NCBI GenBank assembly: GCA_013813435.1
Contig: JACCRS010000216.1
Location: 1 to 47,203, forward strand
Length of the DNA stretch: 47,203 bases
Direction: 5' to 3'
Origin: Gemmatimonadales bacterium
GTDB taxonomy: Bacteria; Gemmatimonadota; Gemmatimonadetes; Gemmatimonadales; GWC2-71-9
Shown here: positions 10,110 through 18,632 of the stretch, one piece after another
Numbering within the stretch: position 1 is the first letter of the stretch
How the letters are laid out: each line of letters starts with the position of its first letter
Made by a program: the position numbers and the translations under genes
The notes under the pieces: model-generated
What the model saw: only the letters and a program-made list of their open reading frames with translations
Databases searched by the model: none
Told to the model about the DNA's origin: nothing

Positions 10110-10140
10110 CTGCAAAGAGCGTGAGCGGTAGGCGGGAAAG
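10093..10140. repeat. GCGTGAGCGG repeat arm, inverted partner of 9333-9378
   Basis: gaaagcgtgagcggtaactgcaaagagcgtgagcggtaggcgggaaag. Confidence 0.75.
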
Positions 10141-10224
10141 GTTGTCTCGTGCTCAGGTGACATGGGGGTAGCCCACCGGCTAGTTTCCGGCACTTTTCTC
10201 CTTTCCTCTCTCCCGGATTCGGTG

Positions 10225-11367
10225 ATGAAACTGCTGGTTCTCGGTGCCGGACTTCAGGGCTGCGCCTGCGCCTACGACCTCCTCCAGAATCCTGCCGTCG
10301 GTCAGGTGACCCTGGCCGACGTGAGACCGGTCAAGCTTCCCAAGTTTCTGGCGGGGGATTGGAAGGGGCGCTTGCGTACCATCCAGCTCGACGTCACCGA
10401 TGCCCCCGCCGTACGGGCGGCCTTCGAGGGCCAGGCGGCTGTGATGAGCGCCATCCCCTACTATTACAACGGTCCCATGGCCAAGGCCGCGGTAGAGTGT
10501 GGCTGTCACTTTTCCGATCTGGGTGGCAATACCGATATCGTGCTGGAGCAGAAAAAGTTGCATCAGCAGGCACTGGCCAATGGTGTGTCGGTGATTCCGG
10601 ACTGTGGCCTGGCCCCAGGGATGGTCAACATCCTGGCGGCGGAAGGGATTCGGCGGCTGGACCGTGCCGACAAGGTAAAGATATTCGTCGGCGGTCTGCC
10701 GCAGGCCCCGGAGCCGCCGCTCAACTATCAGATCGTGTACTCGCTCGAGGGGGCCCTCGACTACTACACTACGCCCTCCTGGGTGCTCCGGGGCGGCAAG
10801 CCGGTACAGGTAGATGCCCTGAGTGAGGTTGAGCCGGTTGAGTTCCCCTCGCCGGTGGGCACGCTGGAGGCATTTCATACTGGGGGCGGAATCAGCACAC
10901 TGCCGTTCGCCTACGATGGCAAGATCGACACCATGGAGTACAAGACCCTCCGCTATCCGGGACACGTAGCCATCATGCGGCCCATCCGCGAGCTGGGTCT
11001 CCTGGCCAACGAGCCGATCGAGGTGAAGGGGAATAAGGTAGCGCCCCGTGACCTGTTTATCGCCGCGGTCCATCCCAAACTGCACAAGCCTGAAGGCCGC
11101 GATCTCGTCGCGCTTCAGGTCCAGGTGACCGGGAAAACCGGCGCGAATCCTTCCCGCATCACCTTCCGGCTGATCGATTACTACGACGCGCTACATGGAA
11201 TCAGCGCGATGATGCGTACCACCGGCTACTCGCTGTCCATTACCGGCCAGATGCAGGTAGACGGCCGGGTGAAAGCCAAGGGGGTTCACACGCCGGACGA
11301 GGCCATGCCCTTCGGTGAGTACGTGTCCGAGCTGGCCCGGCGGGGGATCAGGATCGAAGAGTTGTGA
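10225..11367 (+). CDS. Saccharopine dehydrogenase-like oxidoreductase (lysine 6-dehydrogenase family)
   Basis: MKLLVLGAGLQG Rossmann start, DLGG, PDCGLAPG, VGGLPQ, YKTLRYPGH, AMMRTTG. Confidence 0.88.
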   Translation: MKLLVLGAGLQGCACAYDLLQNPAVGQVTLADVRPVKLPKFLAGDWKGRLRTIQLDVTDAPAVRAAFEGQAAVMSAIPYYYNGPMAKAAVECGCHFSDLGGNTDIVLEQKKLHQQALANGVSVIPDCGLAPGMVNILAAEGIRRLDRADKVKIFVGGLPQAPEPPLNYQIVYSLEGALDYYTTPSWVLRGGKPVQVDALSEVEPVEFPSPVGTLEAFHTGGGISTLPFAYDGKIDTMEYKTLRYPGHVAIMRPIRELGLLANEPIEVKGNKVAPRDLFIAAVHPKLHKPEGRDLVALQVQVTGKTGANPSRITFRLIDYYDALHGISAMMRTTGYSLSITGQMQVDGRVKAKGVHTPDEAMPFGEYVSELARRGIRIEEL

Positions 11368-11463
11368 AATTGTTGTCAACGTTCGCTGCGCTCAGTATTA
11401 CACCGATGGGGAACCTCCCCACTCGTGAGGGTGTTGTAGCAGAGTTCGTGTAACGGAGACGGG

Positions 11464-12000
11464 ATGCTGGACTTCAAGGCACTGTGGGACAAATCGCTAA
11501 GTTTCGACTCGTTCGTCGCCTCCTGTAAGGCCGAGCACTGCGGATTATGGCAGGGGATACGGAGGCTGGCGCGGATTCCCGATTGGGCGCTTGCCGCCGT
11601 GCCGGCCAACGCCGGGCGCAAGCTGCTGGTGATTGTCGAGGATTGGTGCGGGGATGCCTCGAACACCGTTCCGATCATCGCGAAGCTGACTGATATGGCA
11701 CCCGGGCTCGAGCTTCGAGTGATCCTGCGAGATGAAAACCCGGAGCTGATGGATCGATATCTGACCAACGGATCGCGCTCGATACCCATCGTGATTGCGC
11801 TGGACCACCAGTTCCAGGAGATCGGCCACTGGGGTCCTCGCCCGACTGAGCTCCAGGCCTGGGTGATGGCAAACCGGGGCACCACGCCCAAGGCCGAGCT
11901 CTATCCTCAAGTTCGAAAATGGTACGCCCGCGATCGGGGGGAGACCACCCTACGGGAGGTGCTGGAGGCCGCTGGGTTGCCGGCTGAGAAGGTGGCGTGA
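11464..12000 (+). CDS. Thioredoxin-family protein (WCGD, Thioredoxin_9 type)
   Basis: EDWCGDA, LRDENPELMD, RSIP cis-Pro loop, WGPRP; SD GGAGA. Confidence 0.88.
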   Translation: MLDFKALWDKSLSFDSFVASCKAEHCGLWQGIRRLARIPDWALAAVPANAGRKLLVIVEDWCGDASNTVPIIAKLTDMAPGLELRVILRDENPELMDRYLTNGSRSIPIVIALDHQFQEIGHWGPRPTELQAWVMANRGTTPKAELYPQVRKWYARDRGETTLREVLEAAGLPAEKVA

Positions 12001-12024
12001 AGGAAAGCCGCTCACGTCTTTATT

Positions 12025-13218
12025 TTAGAACATCCACCCGCTCCCCACCGAGTAGTTGAAACCGTCCGGCCCGCCCGCGAAGTTGAACGTGAAGATCGAC
12101 GAACGCAGGATCCGGAGTGCCACTCCCCCCCCGCCGCCGACTTTCACACCGTCAGTCGTCAGCTTGAACGACTCCCCCTCGAACACCCGCCCCGCGTCGA
12201 CAAACCCGAGCAGCGTTATGGCTCCCAGGTCGCCGAATGGCAGCAGATCGTGACGCACCTCCAGATTGCCTAACATCACGTGCTTGCCGGCAAAGCGTCC
12301 GGTGTCGAAGCTGCGGTGGGAATACTGCCCGCCTAACACCGGTATCTGGTTCTCCCAGGCCGGCAGATAATATCTGGCGTTGAGAGTGGGATCGCCGCCC
12401 ATTCCCGAAGCGGCAAGGCGGGCGGCGACAACTGTTCCCTCCCGAACCGATAGGTATCCCCGCAGCACGCCGTACAGCCGGGTGTACCCATCGTTGCCGC
12501 TTCCGACCTGGGCGCCGGCCTCGAACAGAAGCCCCTGGTGGGTGTTGAACTCGTTATCCCGGGTGTCGTATACCAGAGCAAGTCGAGCGGAGACATCGGT
12601 CTCCCTGAGCTCGGTGCCGAAGTCGCTCCTGAAGAGCGAGGGCTGGGGAAGTGTGGAGAAGCGGGTCCACTCGACATTCGCCAGTAGCGCGGCCTGCCAT
12701 GGCCCGCGCAGTCGGCGAGAGGCCTCCACTTTTCCGCCGTAGCGGACGCGCCGGACCCGATACAGAAATGGCTGCTCCGGGGTCACCGCCTCGTCGTTTT
12801 CTACCGTCTCGTTGCCGAGCCCGAAATATCCGAAGCGTGCTTCCCTCACTGCTGCACCGAGTGCGTTGAACCGCCAGTTATCCCAGAGCTGTGGAGCGCG
12901 GAATCTCACGGCGACGTGTCGGCTGCCCCGGTGGGTGATGCCGGCATCGGCTGTCAGGGCGGCATTGGTGGTAACCCGATCATCGTACTCGGCCGGTTGG
13001 AAGTGATGTACCCGGAATGCCACCACCGGCCCGTCATTGGTGCCACCCGTCAGATAGGGGAAGTAGCTGGTTCGCCAGGGAGAGTATGGGACCGGTTCCT
13101 CCGTTGTTTCCGAGGTGTCGAGCGTGACCGGCTCGGGAGTGTCCGTAGCTGAGGGGACCTGGGCGCTTAGCCGGACCGCGAGGACCAGTGCCGGCAGAAG
13201 CAGAGCAGTCAGCCGCAT
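12025..13218 (-). CDS. BamA/TamA (Omp85) family outer-membrane beta-barrel without evident POTRA domains
   Basis: Signal peptide, YDTRDN, FVDAGRV, GGGVALR, C-terminal WMF. Confidence 0.8.
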   Translation of the reverse strand: MRLTALLLPALVLAVRLSAQVPSATDTPEPVTLDTSETTEEPVPYSPWRTSYFPYLTGGTNDGPVVAFRVHHFQPAEYDDRVTTNAALTADAGITHRGSRHVAVRFRAPQLWDNWRFNALGAAVREARFGYFGLGNETVENDEAVTPEQPFLYRVRRVRYGGKVEASRRLRGPWQAALLANVEWTRFSTLPQPSLFRSDFGTELRETDVSARLALVYDTRDNEFNTHQGLLFEAGAQVGSGNDGYTRLYGVLRGYLSVREGTVVAARLAASGMGGDPTLNARYYLPAWENQIPVLGGQYSHRSFDTGRFAGKHVMLGNLEVRHDLLPFGDLGAITLLGFVDAGRVFEGESFKLTTDGVKVGGGGGVALRILRSSIFTFNFAGGPDGFNYSVGSGWMF

Positions 13219-14243
13219 CAGGCGCGCCTCGGGTAGAGATAGGCGGTGTCTCGCAGAGCGCCAACCCGGCCATCATGCGCCGCGAAGGTCGCGGGATAGA
13301 TCGAGGCTGAGCCGAGGTCGCCCCTCTTGTTTACGGCGTAGAAAGAGATATTGAACGATGGACGGCCGTTTTGGAGGAGCCGGGGCGGGGTGAGCTGAAC
13401 TACCCGCTTCAGCGTTTCCAGGCACGCATCGGTCGGCTTGAGTCCCCGGCGCATACCCTCCACGGTGAGAAACCCGCCGCACGCCGTGATGTTCGCCTCG
13501 CCTCGTCCAGTCGACCCGGCGGCTCCCACGTCGTTGTCCGTGTATTGGCCGGCACCGATTATGGGCGAATCGCCGGCCCGGCCCGGAATTTTCCAGGCCA
13601 GCCCGCTGGTGGTGGTAACCGAAGAGATTTCGCCCTTCGGGTTTACCACGTTGAGATTGATCGTACCGGTCGGTCTTGTTGGGAGCGGCTCGTTCTCCGG
13701 AACGTTGAGCCAGTCATCGTCGGCGCCTCGGTTGGCGCGCCATCTGATCCAGAGTTGGCGTGACTCGGGTGTCAGCAGGTCTTCCTCCTTGAAACCATAC
13801 GAGAGCGCGAACCGCTTTGCCCCTTCTCCGACCAGCATGACGTGGTCGGTGTACTTGAGCACCAGCCGAGCCACCTCGCTCGGGGTCTTGATCCCTTCGA
13901 GCGCCGCGACCGCGCCGGCTCGCCGGGTGGGCCCGTGCATGCAGGACGCGTCCAACTGCACCACGCCGTCCTCGTTGGGAAGACCGCCGTAGCCCACTGA
14001 GTTGTCGCTGGGGTCGAGCTCCTGAATCTTCACGCCTTCTATGGCGGCGTCGAGGGTGTCGGTTCCCTCCAGCACCAGCTCCATGGCTCGAAGCACCGCC
14101 GGCAGTCCGTTGCTGGAGCTCACCGCTGCCGGTCGGATTGCGCCGCGAAGGATTATGGCCGGAGAAATGGACGGTAACACCACGGTAGCCGCCGCAACGC
14201 CGCTCGCGCCGATGAAGGTGCGGCGAGAAACCGGCAGTGACAT
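13218..14243 (-). CDS. Ntn-hydrolase asparaginase-2 family (glycosylasparaginase/isoaspartyl peptidase), Tat-exported
   Basis: SRRTFIG Tat motif; SVGYGGLP, QLDASCM, GTI nucleophile, TTTSG, GRAGDSPIIGAG, STGRGE. Confidence 0.9.
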   Translation of the reverse strand: MSLPVSRRTFIGASGVAAATVVLPSISPAIILRGAIRPAAVSSSNGLPAVLRAMELVLEGTDTLDAAIEGVKIQELDPSDNSVGYGGLPNEDGVVQLDASCMHGPTRRAGAVAALEGIKTPSEVARLVLKYTDHVMLVGEGAKRFALSYGFKEEDLLTPESRQLWIRWRANRGADDDWLNVPENEPLPTRPTGTINLNVVNPKGEISSVTTTSGLAWKIPGRAGDSPIIGAGQYTDNDVGAAGSTGRGEANITACGGFLTVEGMRRGLKPTDACLETLKRVVQLTPPRLLQNGRPSFNISFYAVNKRGDLGSASIYPATFAAHDGRVGALRDTAYLYPRRA

Positions 14244-14745
14244 GAGGAAAAGCCTCCACTGGCTGTTTAGGCGCCAGGCGGCGCCACGGGGATTTAGAAC
14301 CGCCGTGAAGCTAAAGTCAACCGAGGGGGCGCGCAGTCAGAAAGAAATGGTGATCCAACGCACAGCACCTTGATCCCGGCTTTCTATACTTGGCCACAGT
14401 GGAAGTGCGGATGGACGGCGACCTGCGAGACGTCCGAAACAGCCCTGAGTCCCCTGCTCTGCGGCCGGATGAGCTGTCTAACCCAAGTTTCCGCTGCTTC
14501 TCCCATCACTACCCCCTTCTCTATATATCTCGCCGGGAACGGGCCTAATCGCCCGTTCCACCCGCCTTCTTTTGAGAGCTCTTGGCTGCTGAACTCGCTC
14601 CCAGTCGTGTGACCCAACCCACAGCAGCGAGTACTCACCAATCTATACTTGCGACGTCTGTGCATTTCAGGCTACCGGCCGCTTCGATTTCTACCGGCCA
14701 TCCTCGAGATCGGCATCCGACTCAACCACACGGGAGATCACGACC

Positions 14746-15225
14746 ATGCCACGAGGCGACAAGTCGTCCTACACCAGCAAGCAGAAGCGGCAAGCCGAGC
14801 ACATCGAAGAAGGCTATGAGAAGCGGGGTAGTTCACGTCGCCAAGCAGAGCGGCGCGCCTGGGCAACCGTGAACAAGGAAGACGGTGGCGGCAAGAAGAG
14901 CGGCTCTGGAAGGGGAAAGAAGAGCACCAAGAGCTCTTCCCGTAAAGGAGGCAAGAAGGGTGGGGCTGCCTCGGGATCGAGGTCCAAGGCCTCGGGCTCG
15001 AGGTCCAAGGCCTCGCGCTCCGCTGCCGCACGCAAGGGCGCCGCGACACGGCGCAGGAAAGCGGCAAGCAGTGGACGCAAGAGCAGCGGAGCCGGCCGTA
15101 AGAAGAGCACCGGAGGATCTCGCAGCAGGTCCACAGCGAGCTCTCGCAGCCGATCGACCTCGGGCCGGAAGAGCAGTGGCAGCAGCCGCAGCAGAAAAAG
15201 CAGCAAGAAGAGCTCGCGCCGCTGA
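14746..15225 (+). CDS. Small highly basic protein: conserved MPRGDKS...AWATVNK domain plus K/R/S-rich tail (family often labelled 'plasmid stabilization protein')
   Basis: SD GGGAGA; recognisable N-terminal motif; low-complexity basic tail. Confidence 0.8.
   Translation: MPRGDKSSYTSKQKRQAEHIEEGYEKRGSSRRQAERRAWATVNKEDGGGKKSGSGRGKKSTKSSSRKGGKKGGAASGSRSKASGSRSKASRSAAARKGAATRRRKAASSGRKSSGAGRKKSTGGSRSRSTASSRSRSTSGRKSSGSSRSRKSSKKSSRR
14968..15015 (+). repeat. 21-bp coding tandem duplication (ASGSRSK x2)
   Basis: gcctcgggatcgaggtccaag gcctcgggctcgaggtccaag gcctcg. Confidence 0.85.
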
Positions 15226-15259
15226 TACGGTAGTTCGGTCAGCGGTAACCGGCGAAAAC

Positions 15260-15299
15260 AGCAAAGGGCAGCTTCCAAGTAGAAGCTGCCCTTTGCTTT
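15260..15299. terminator. Probable intrinsic terminator between convergent genes, possibly bidirectional
   Basis: 16-bp perfect stem agcaaagggcagcttc / gaagctgccctttgct with a 6-nt loop; short T-rich and A-rich flanks. Confidence 0.8.
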
Positions 15300-15314
15300 G
15301 ATGAATAGCTGCGC

Positions 15315-15959
15315 TCACTCCCCCATCTGGCCCAAACCCAGGAGGGGAATGCCGATGCCGAGAGAGAGGTGGATGTCATTCTGGGTCTTTTTCTCATCCG
15401 CCGGCCCGAAGCCCGGGATCTCTGCCTTCGGCTTGTAGATATAGTCCTCGGCACTGAGCTGGAGCCGGAGCAGGTTTCCCAGGCGAAACCTCGCCGACGC
15501 GCCGAACGTGCCGCCTACGTCCGTCTTTTCCTCCACGTTTTCGTAGAAGTCACCACTGCGGTTGATGACGCCCACCCCTCCAGTGATTACGAACGCAACC
15601 GGGCTGGTGTAAGGCACCAGCTGGAAGCTGACCCGGCCGCTTCCAGTAAACACATTCGCGTCCAGACTCTGATCGCCGAGTCCTGATGCAGTGAGCTTGA
15701 GGTCGCTGGGTGCATAGGCACCGGTGAACTCGAGCCCCAGCCGCCGGCTGAGAGCCACTCCCACACGTCCCCCGAGCGTGATGCTCACTTCCTGCTTGAA
15801 TTCCTCACCGCCGGCAGCCCTGACCAGCTCGGTCGTCGGGATGTAAACACCGATGTTGGGAGCGAAGCTTATCCCCTGAGCCGTCAGCCGATCCGCCTGA
15901 GCTACGAGCAATATGCCACCCACCAAAACGGCACGACCCAACCACGCGCTGCCACGCAT
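15315..15959 (-). CDS. Outer-membrane beta-barrel protein (8-stranded type)
   Basis: Signal peptide and alternating amphipathic strands; SD GGAGG. Confidence 0.7.
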   Translation of the reverse strand: MRGSAWLGRAVLVGGILLVAQADRLTAQGISFAPNIGVYIPTTELVRAAGGEEFKQEVSITLGGRVGVALSRRLGLEFTGAYAPSDLKLTASGLGDQSLDANVFTGSGRVSFQLVPYTSPVAFVITGGVGVINRSGDFYENVEEKTDVGGTFGASARFRLGNLLRLQLSAEDYIYKPKAEIPGFGPADEKKTQNDIHLSLGIGIPLLGLGQMGE

Positions 15960-15997
15960 TGTGCCTCCACTTGGGAATGAAGGAAATAGGGCGGCTC

Positions 15998-16357
15998 CTA
16001 CAGCTTAAGCTTGATATCGATATTAACCAGAACTGATGGCTCTGCTTCTTCGAAGAACACCCGGTCGCGCACCGTCCGGATCACCATTCTTTGAAGCGGA
16101 CCCTTACCCTTGCCCCGGCCGTTGTTGCCCCGCCGGAAGTAAATCACCTGTGTGGCTCCTACGCGCTCCACGCGCACTACATAATATCCTTGCTCGATCA
16201 GCACGGCACGGCTCACTCGAACAGCCTTGTCGCTCGACACTGCATAGTGCTTGTCTTTTCCCTTGGCCTTGCCCTGGGCATGTGCCGGTGCGGCAGTGAA
16301 GCCGAACAGGACGAGAACCACGAGACCCATCCAGAGCGTGTGGCGAGCAGCGAACAT
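15998..16357 (-). CDS. Secreted hypothetical basic protein
   Basis: SD AGGAGGT before ATG 16357; signal peptide ending AHA. Confidence 0.7.
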   Translation of the reverse strand: MFAARHTLWMGLVVLVLFGFTAAPAHAQGKAKGKDKHYAVSSDKAVRVSRAVLIEQGYYVVRVERVGATQVIYFRRGNNGRGKGKGPLQRMVIRTVRDRVFFEEAEPSVLVNIDIKLKL

Positions 16358-16554
16358 GGGACCTCCTCTTGGCGCATGGGTGGGGGGACAGCCTCGGAGG
16401 TCCCAAAGCAAGAACCATGCAGAGGCTATTCCGCGCCGCGCGTTCGAAGGTTGAGCTTGTAAGTCACTGCTATATAGGGGTAACCAACGGATGTTACAGG
16501 CGAGGATTCAGAGCTCTGATGGGAAAATGAGTGGAGACGGGTGGTCTGCGGTCC

Positions 16555-17571
16555 TCAGCTTTCTCGACGCACGTCTCGGGCTGGCTTGTCGTCTCGCAGG
16601 CCGAGGAAACGAGGGTGGCGCAGCAGTCCGGCGGATGTCCACTCGGAGAACCCGATCTCGGCTACCAGCTCGGGGCTGACCCACTGAATTTCGCCGGCCG
16701 GCTTGGGTCCCTCCAGGAAAGGCGAGGTGGTGCGGTGAAGCGGAGCCAGCAGGGTGTGCAGAAGCTCGAGGGTCCTGCGATCATATCCGGTGCCCACCTT
16801 ACCCGCGTAGCGCAAAGCCTGCCCTGAGCCCTGCCAAGGGGCGTAGTGACCCACCAGCAGCGCACCGAGTCGCTCGCGCGATCCCTGTGGCGCAGTGTAG
16901 CCGCCGATGACCAGCTCCTGGCGGCGCAGGCACTTGATCTTGAGCCAGTCAGCCGAGCGCGCGCTCACGTAACGCGAATCCGCTCGCTTGGCCATGATTC
17001 CCTCCTCCTCCCGAGCGCACGCCTTTCGAAGCATGGCCGCGGCTCCGGTGGTCTTGTAGCGGCTAAGCCGCAGGACATCATCAAAGGTGACGACGTCCTG
17101 CAGGACGGCTTTCCGCTCGAGCAGCGGCAGACCGGTAAGATCGAGGCCGTCGAAGTACATGCAGTCGAACAGGTAGAGGTACACCGCAACCTGGCTGCGC
17201 CGGGCGCGGACGGGGTCTCGCAACTGCATGCGCTGCTGCAGCCGGGCGAAGCTGGTAATGCCGCGTTTCTCGTCAAAGGCTATGATCTCGCCATCGAGCA
17301 CCGCCTCGCCGTTTACCGACCCGCTCAAGGCTTCCACCAGCTCGGGATAGGCATCGTTTAGCGGCTTCCGATTACGAGAATAGATTCGTACGGAACCGGG
17401 GCTGACATAGATCAACGCCCGCACTCCGTCCAGCTTCGGCTCGTATACCCACTTTCCCGAAATGGGCAATTCCTCGGAGAGCGTCGCCAGCATGGGCGGA
17501 AGCCAGGCGGGAATGGCACGGCGGCGGAGACCTGCTGCTGCAGCTGGGGCAGTGGTCGAGGGGCGAATCAT
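16555..17571 (-). CDS. ligD: NHEJ ATP-dependent DNA ligase (LigD ligase + OB domains, stand-alone)
   Basis: Motif I YEPKLDG, LDGEI, FD, EGIMAK, WLKIK, GKVGTG, LRHPRFLGLRDDK; ATG 17571 overlaps the upstream stop (ATGA). Confidence 0.93.
   Translation of the reverse strand: MIRPSTTAPAAAAGLRRRAIPAWLPPMLATLSEELPISGKWVYEPKLDGVRALIYVSPGSVRIYSRNRKPLNDAYPELVEALSGSVNGEAVLDGEIIAFDEKRGITSFARLQQRMQLRDPVRARRSQVAVYLYLFDCMYFDGLDLTGLPLLERKAVLQDVVTFDDVLRLSRYKTTGAAAMLRKACAREEEGIMAKRADSRYVSARSADWLKIKCLRRQELVIGGYTAPQGSRERLGALLVGHYAPWQGSGQALRYAGKVGTGYDRRTLELLHTLLAPLHRTTSPFLEGPKPAGEIQWVSPELVAEIGFSEWTSAGLLRHPRFLGLRDDKPARDVRRES
16817..16841 (-). repeat. REP-like element inserted in frame in the ligase gene (PWQGSGQA)
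   Basis: Minus strand reads ccccttggcagggctcagggcaggc; a related intergenic copy lies at 40962-40987. Confidence 0.55.
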
Positions 17572-18632
17572 GCAGTCCTCTCTTCCAACAGCTGGGCGAG
17601 GTCCTGCTTGGCTGAAAGAATCTCCGCCCACGGGTCGCCCCGCTCCTCCAGAAGATCCGGCGCCGTACGTAGGGTAAAGTCCGTGGGATAGATCTCCTCC
17701 AATTGCTCCCAGGCCACCGGCATCGAAACGGTCCCGAGCGCGTTCCGGCGGGGCGAAAAGATGGCTGCCAGAGATTTGCCGCGGCTGTTCTGGTTGTAAT
17801 CGAAAAAGATCTTCCCGGTTCGGCGCTCGACCGACCACTCGAGCGTTACCTCCCCAGGCCACTGCTGAAGGGCGTACCGCCCGATGGTCTCGGCGATGCC
17901 GCGAGCAGCATCGTAGTCGAACTTGCGGAGGATCGGCAGATACAGATGCAGCCCGGTCCGACCCGATGTCTTGACGAACGTCTGAAGGCCCAGACCGGTA
18001 AGGAGCTCGCGCAGACGGAGCGCCAGGTCTCGCGTGCGATTGAATGCTCTGCGATGCAGCTCCGGCTCCTCGCCCTTACCCTCGCGCCCGGAATATTCAT
18101 ACGGGTCCAGATCAACCACTACGAAGTCAGGGAAATTGAGCACTGACTTATCCAGGGTGGCTTCAGAGCCCGAGAACTTGCGGCCTTTCCCCTTTGCGTC
18201 TGGTTGAGGATCTATGCGGGAAAACCACGGGTGCAGCTCCAACCCCGCCATCTGCGACAGCCAGAGCAGCGTCGCGAGATTCCCACAGATCAGGTAATCG
18301 CCGTCGCCCTCCTTGTGACTGGAGTAGATCGAGATATTGCGGGCAAAGTCAGGTGGCTCATCCCAATGCTTCTGATAGAAGCTCTTGCCGTTGATTCCAT
18401 CGGGATAGCGGGTGACAAACAGGGGGCGTCCGGCAAGATGGGGCAGCAGCCAGGGAGAGACCCGAGTCATGTATCGCAGCAAATCCCGTTTGGTCAGCGG
18501 ACTGCTGCCCTCAGCGGCAGGCCACAAGACTTTATCGAGATTGGTAACAGGTAGAGCGTGTCCCTCCACATTGAGTACCAAGCGTGGCTTGCGCTCGTCG
18601 AGCTGAGCCAGCACATCGCCAACCTCACTCAT
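17568..18632 (-). CDS. ligD: LigD polymerase (archaeo-eukaryotic primase-polymerase) domain, stand-alone
   Basis: TNLDKVLWP, TKRDLLRY, RYPDG, FYQK, DLDP, KTSGRTGLH, IFFDYNQN, VSMPVAW. Confidence 0.92.
   Translation of the reverse strand: MSEVGDVLAQLDERKPRLVLNVEGHALPVTNLDKVLWPAAEGSSPLTKRDLLRYMTRVSPWLLPHLAGRPLFVTRYPDGINGKSFYQKHWDEPPDFARNISIYSSHKEGDGDYLICGNLATLLWLSQMAGLELHPWFSRIDPQPDAKGKGRKFSGSEATLDKSVLNFPDFVVVDLDPYEYSGREGKGEEPELHRRAFNRTRDLALRLRELLTGLGLQTFVKTSGRTGLHLYLPILRKFDYDAARGIAETIGRYALQQWPGEVTLEWSVERRTGKIFFDYNQNSRGKSLAAIFSPRRNALGTVSMPVAWEQLEEIYPTDFTLRTAPDLLEERGDPWAEILSAKQDLAQLLEERTA

Noticed and set aside
13218-14243. Ntn hydrolase as a substitute for EgtC
   Set aside because: It belongs to the asparaginase-2 family, is Tat-exported, and lies 16 kb from egtB
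14746-15225. Plasmid or toxin-antitoxin origin suggested by the family label and the ParB-like gene
   Set aside because: No rep, parA, relaxase or toxin motifs; the surrounding genes are chromosomal housekeeping genes
17572-17862. 97-aa N-terminal extension of the ligase ORF
   Set aside because: It overlaps the polymerase gene out of frame; the ATGA-coupled start at 17571 is more plausible
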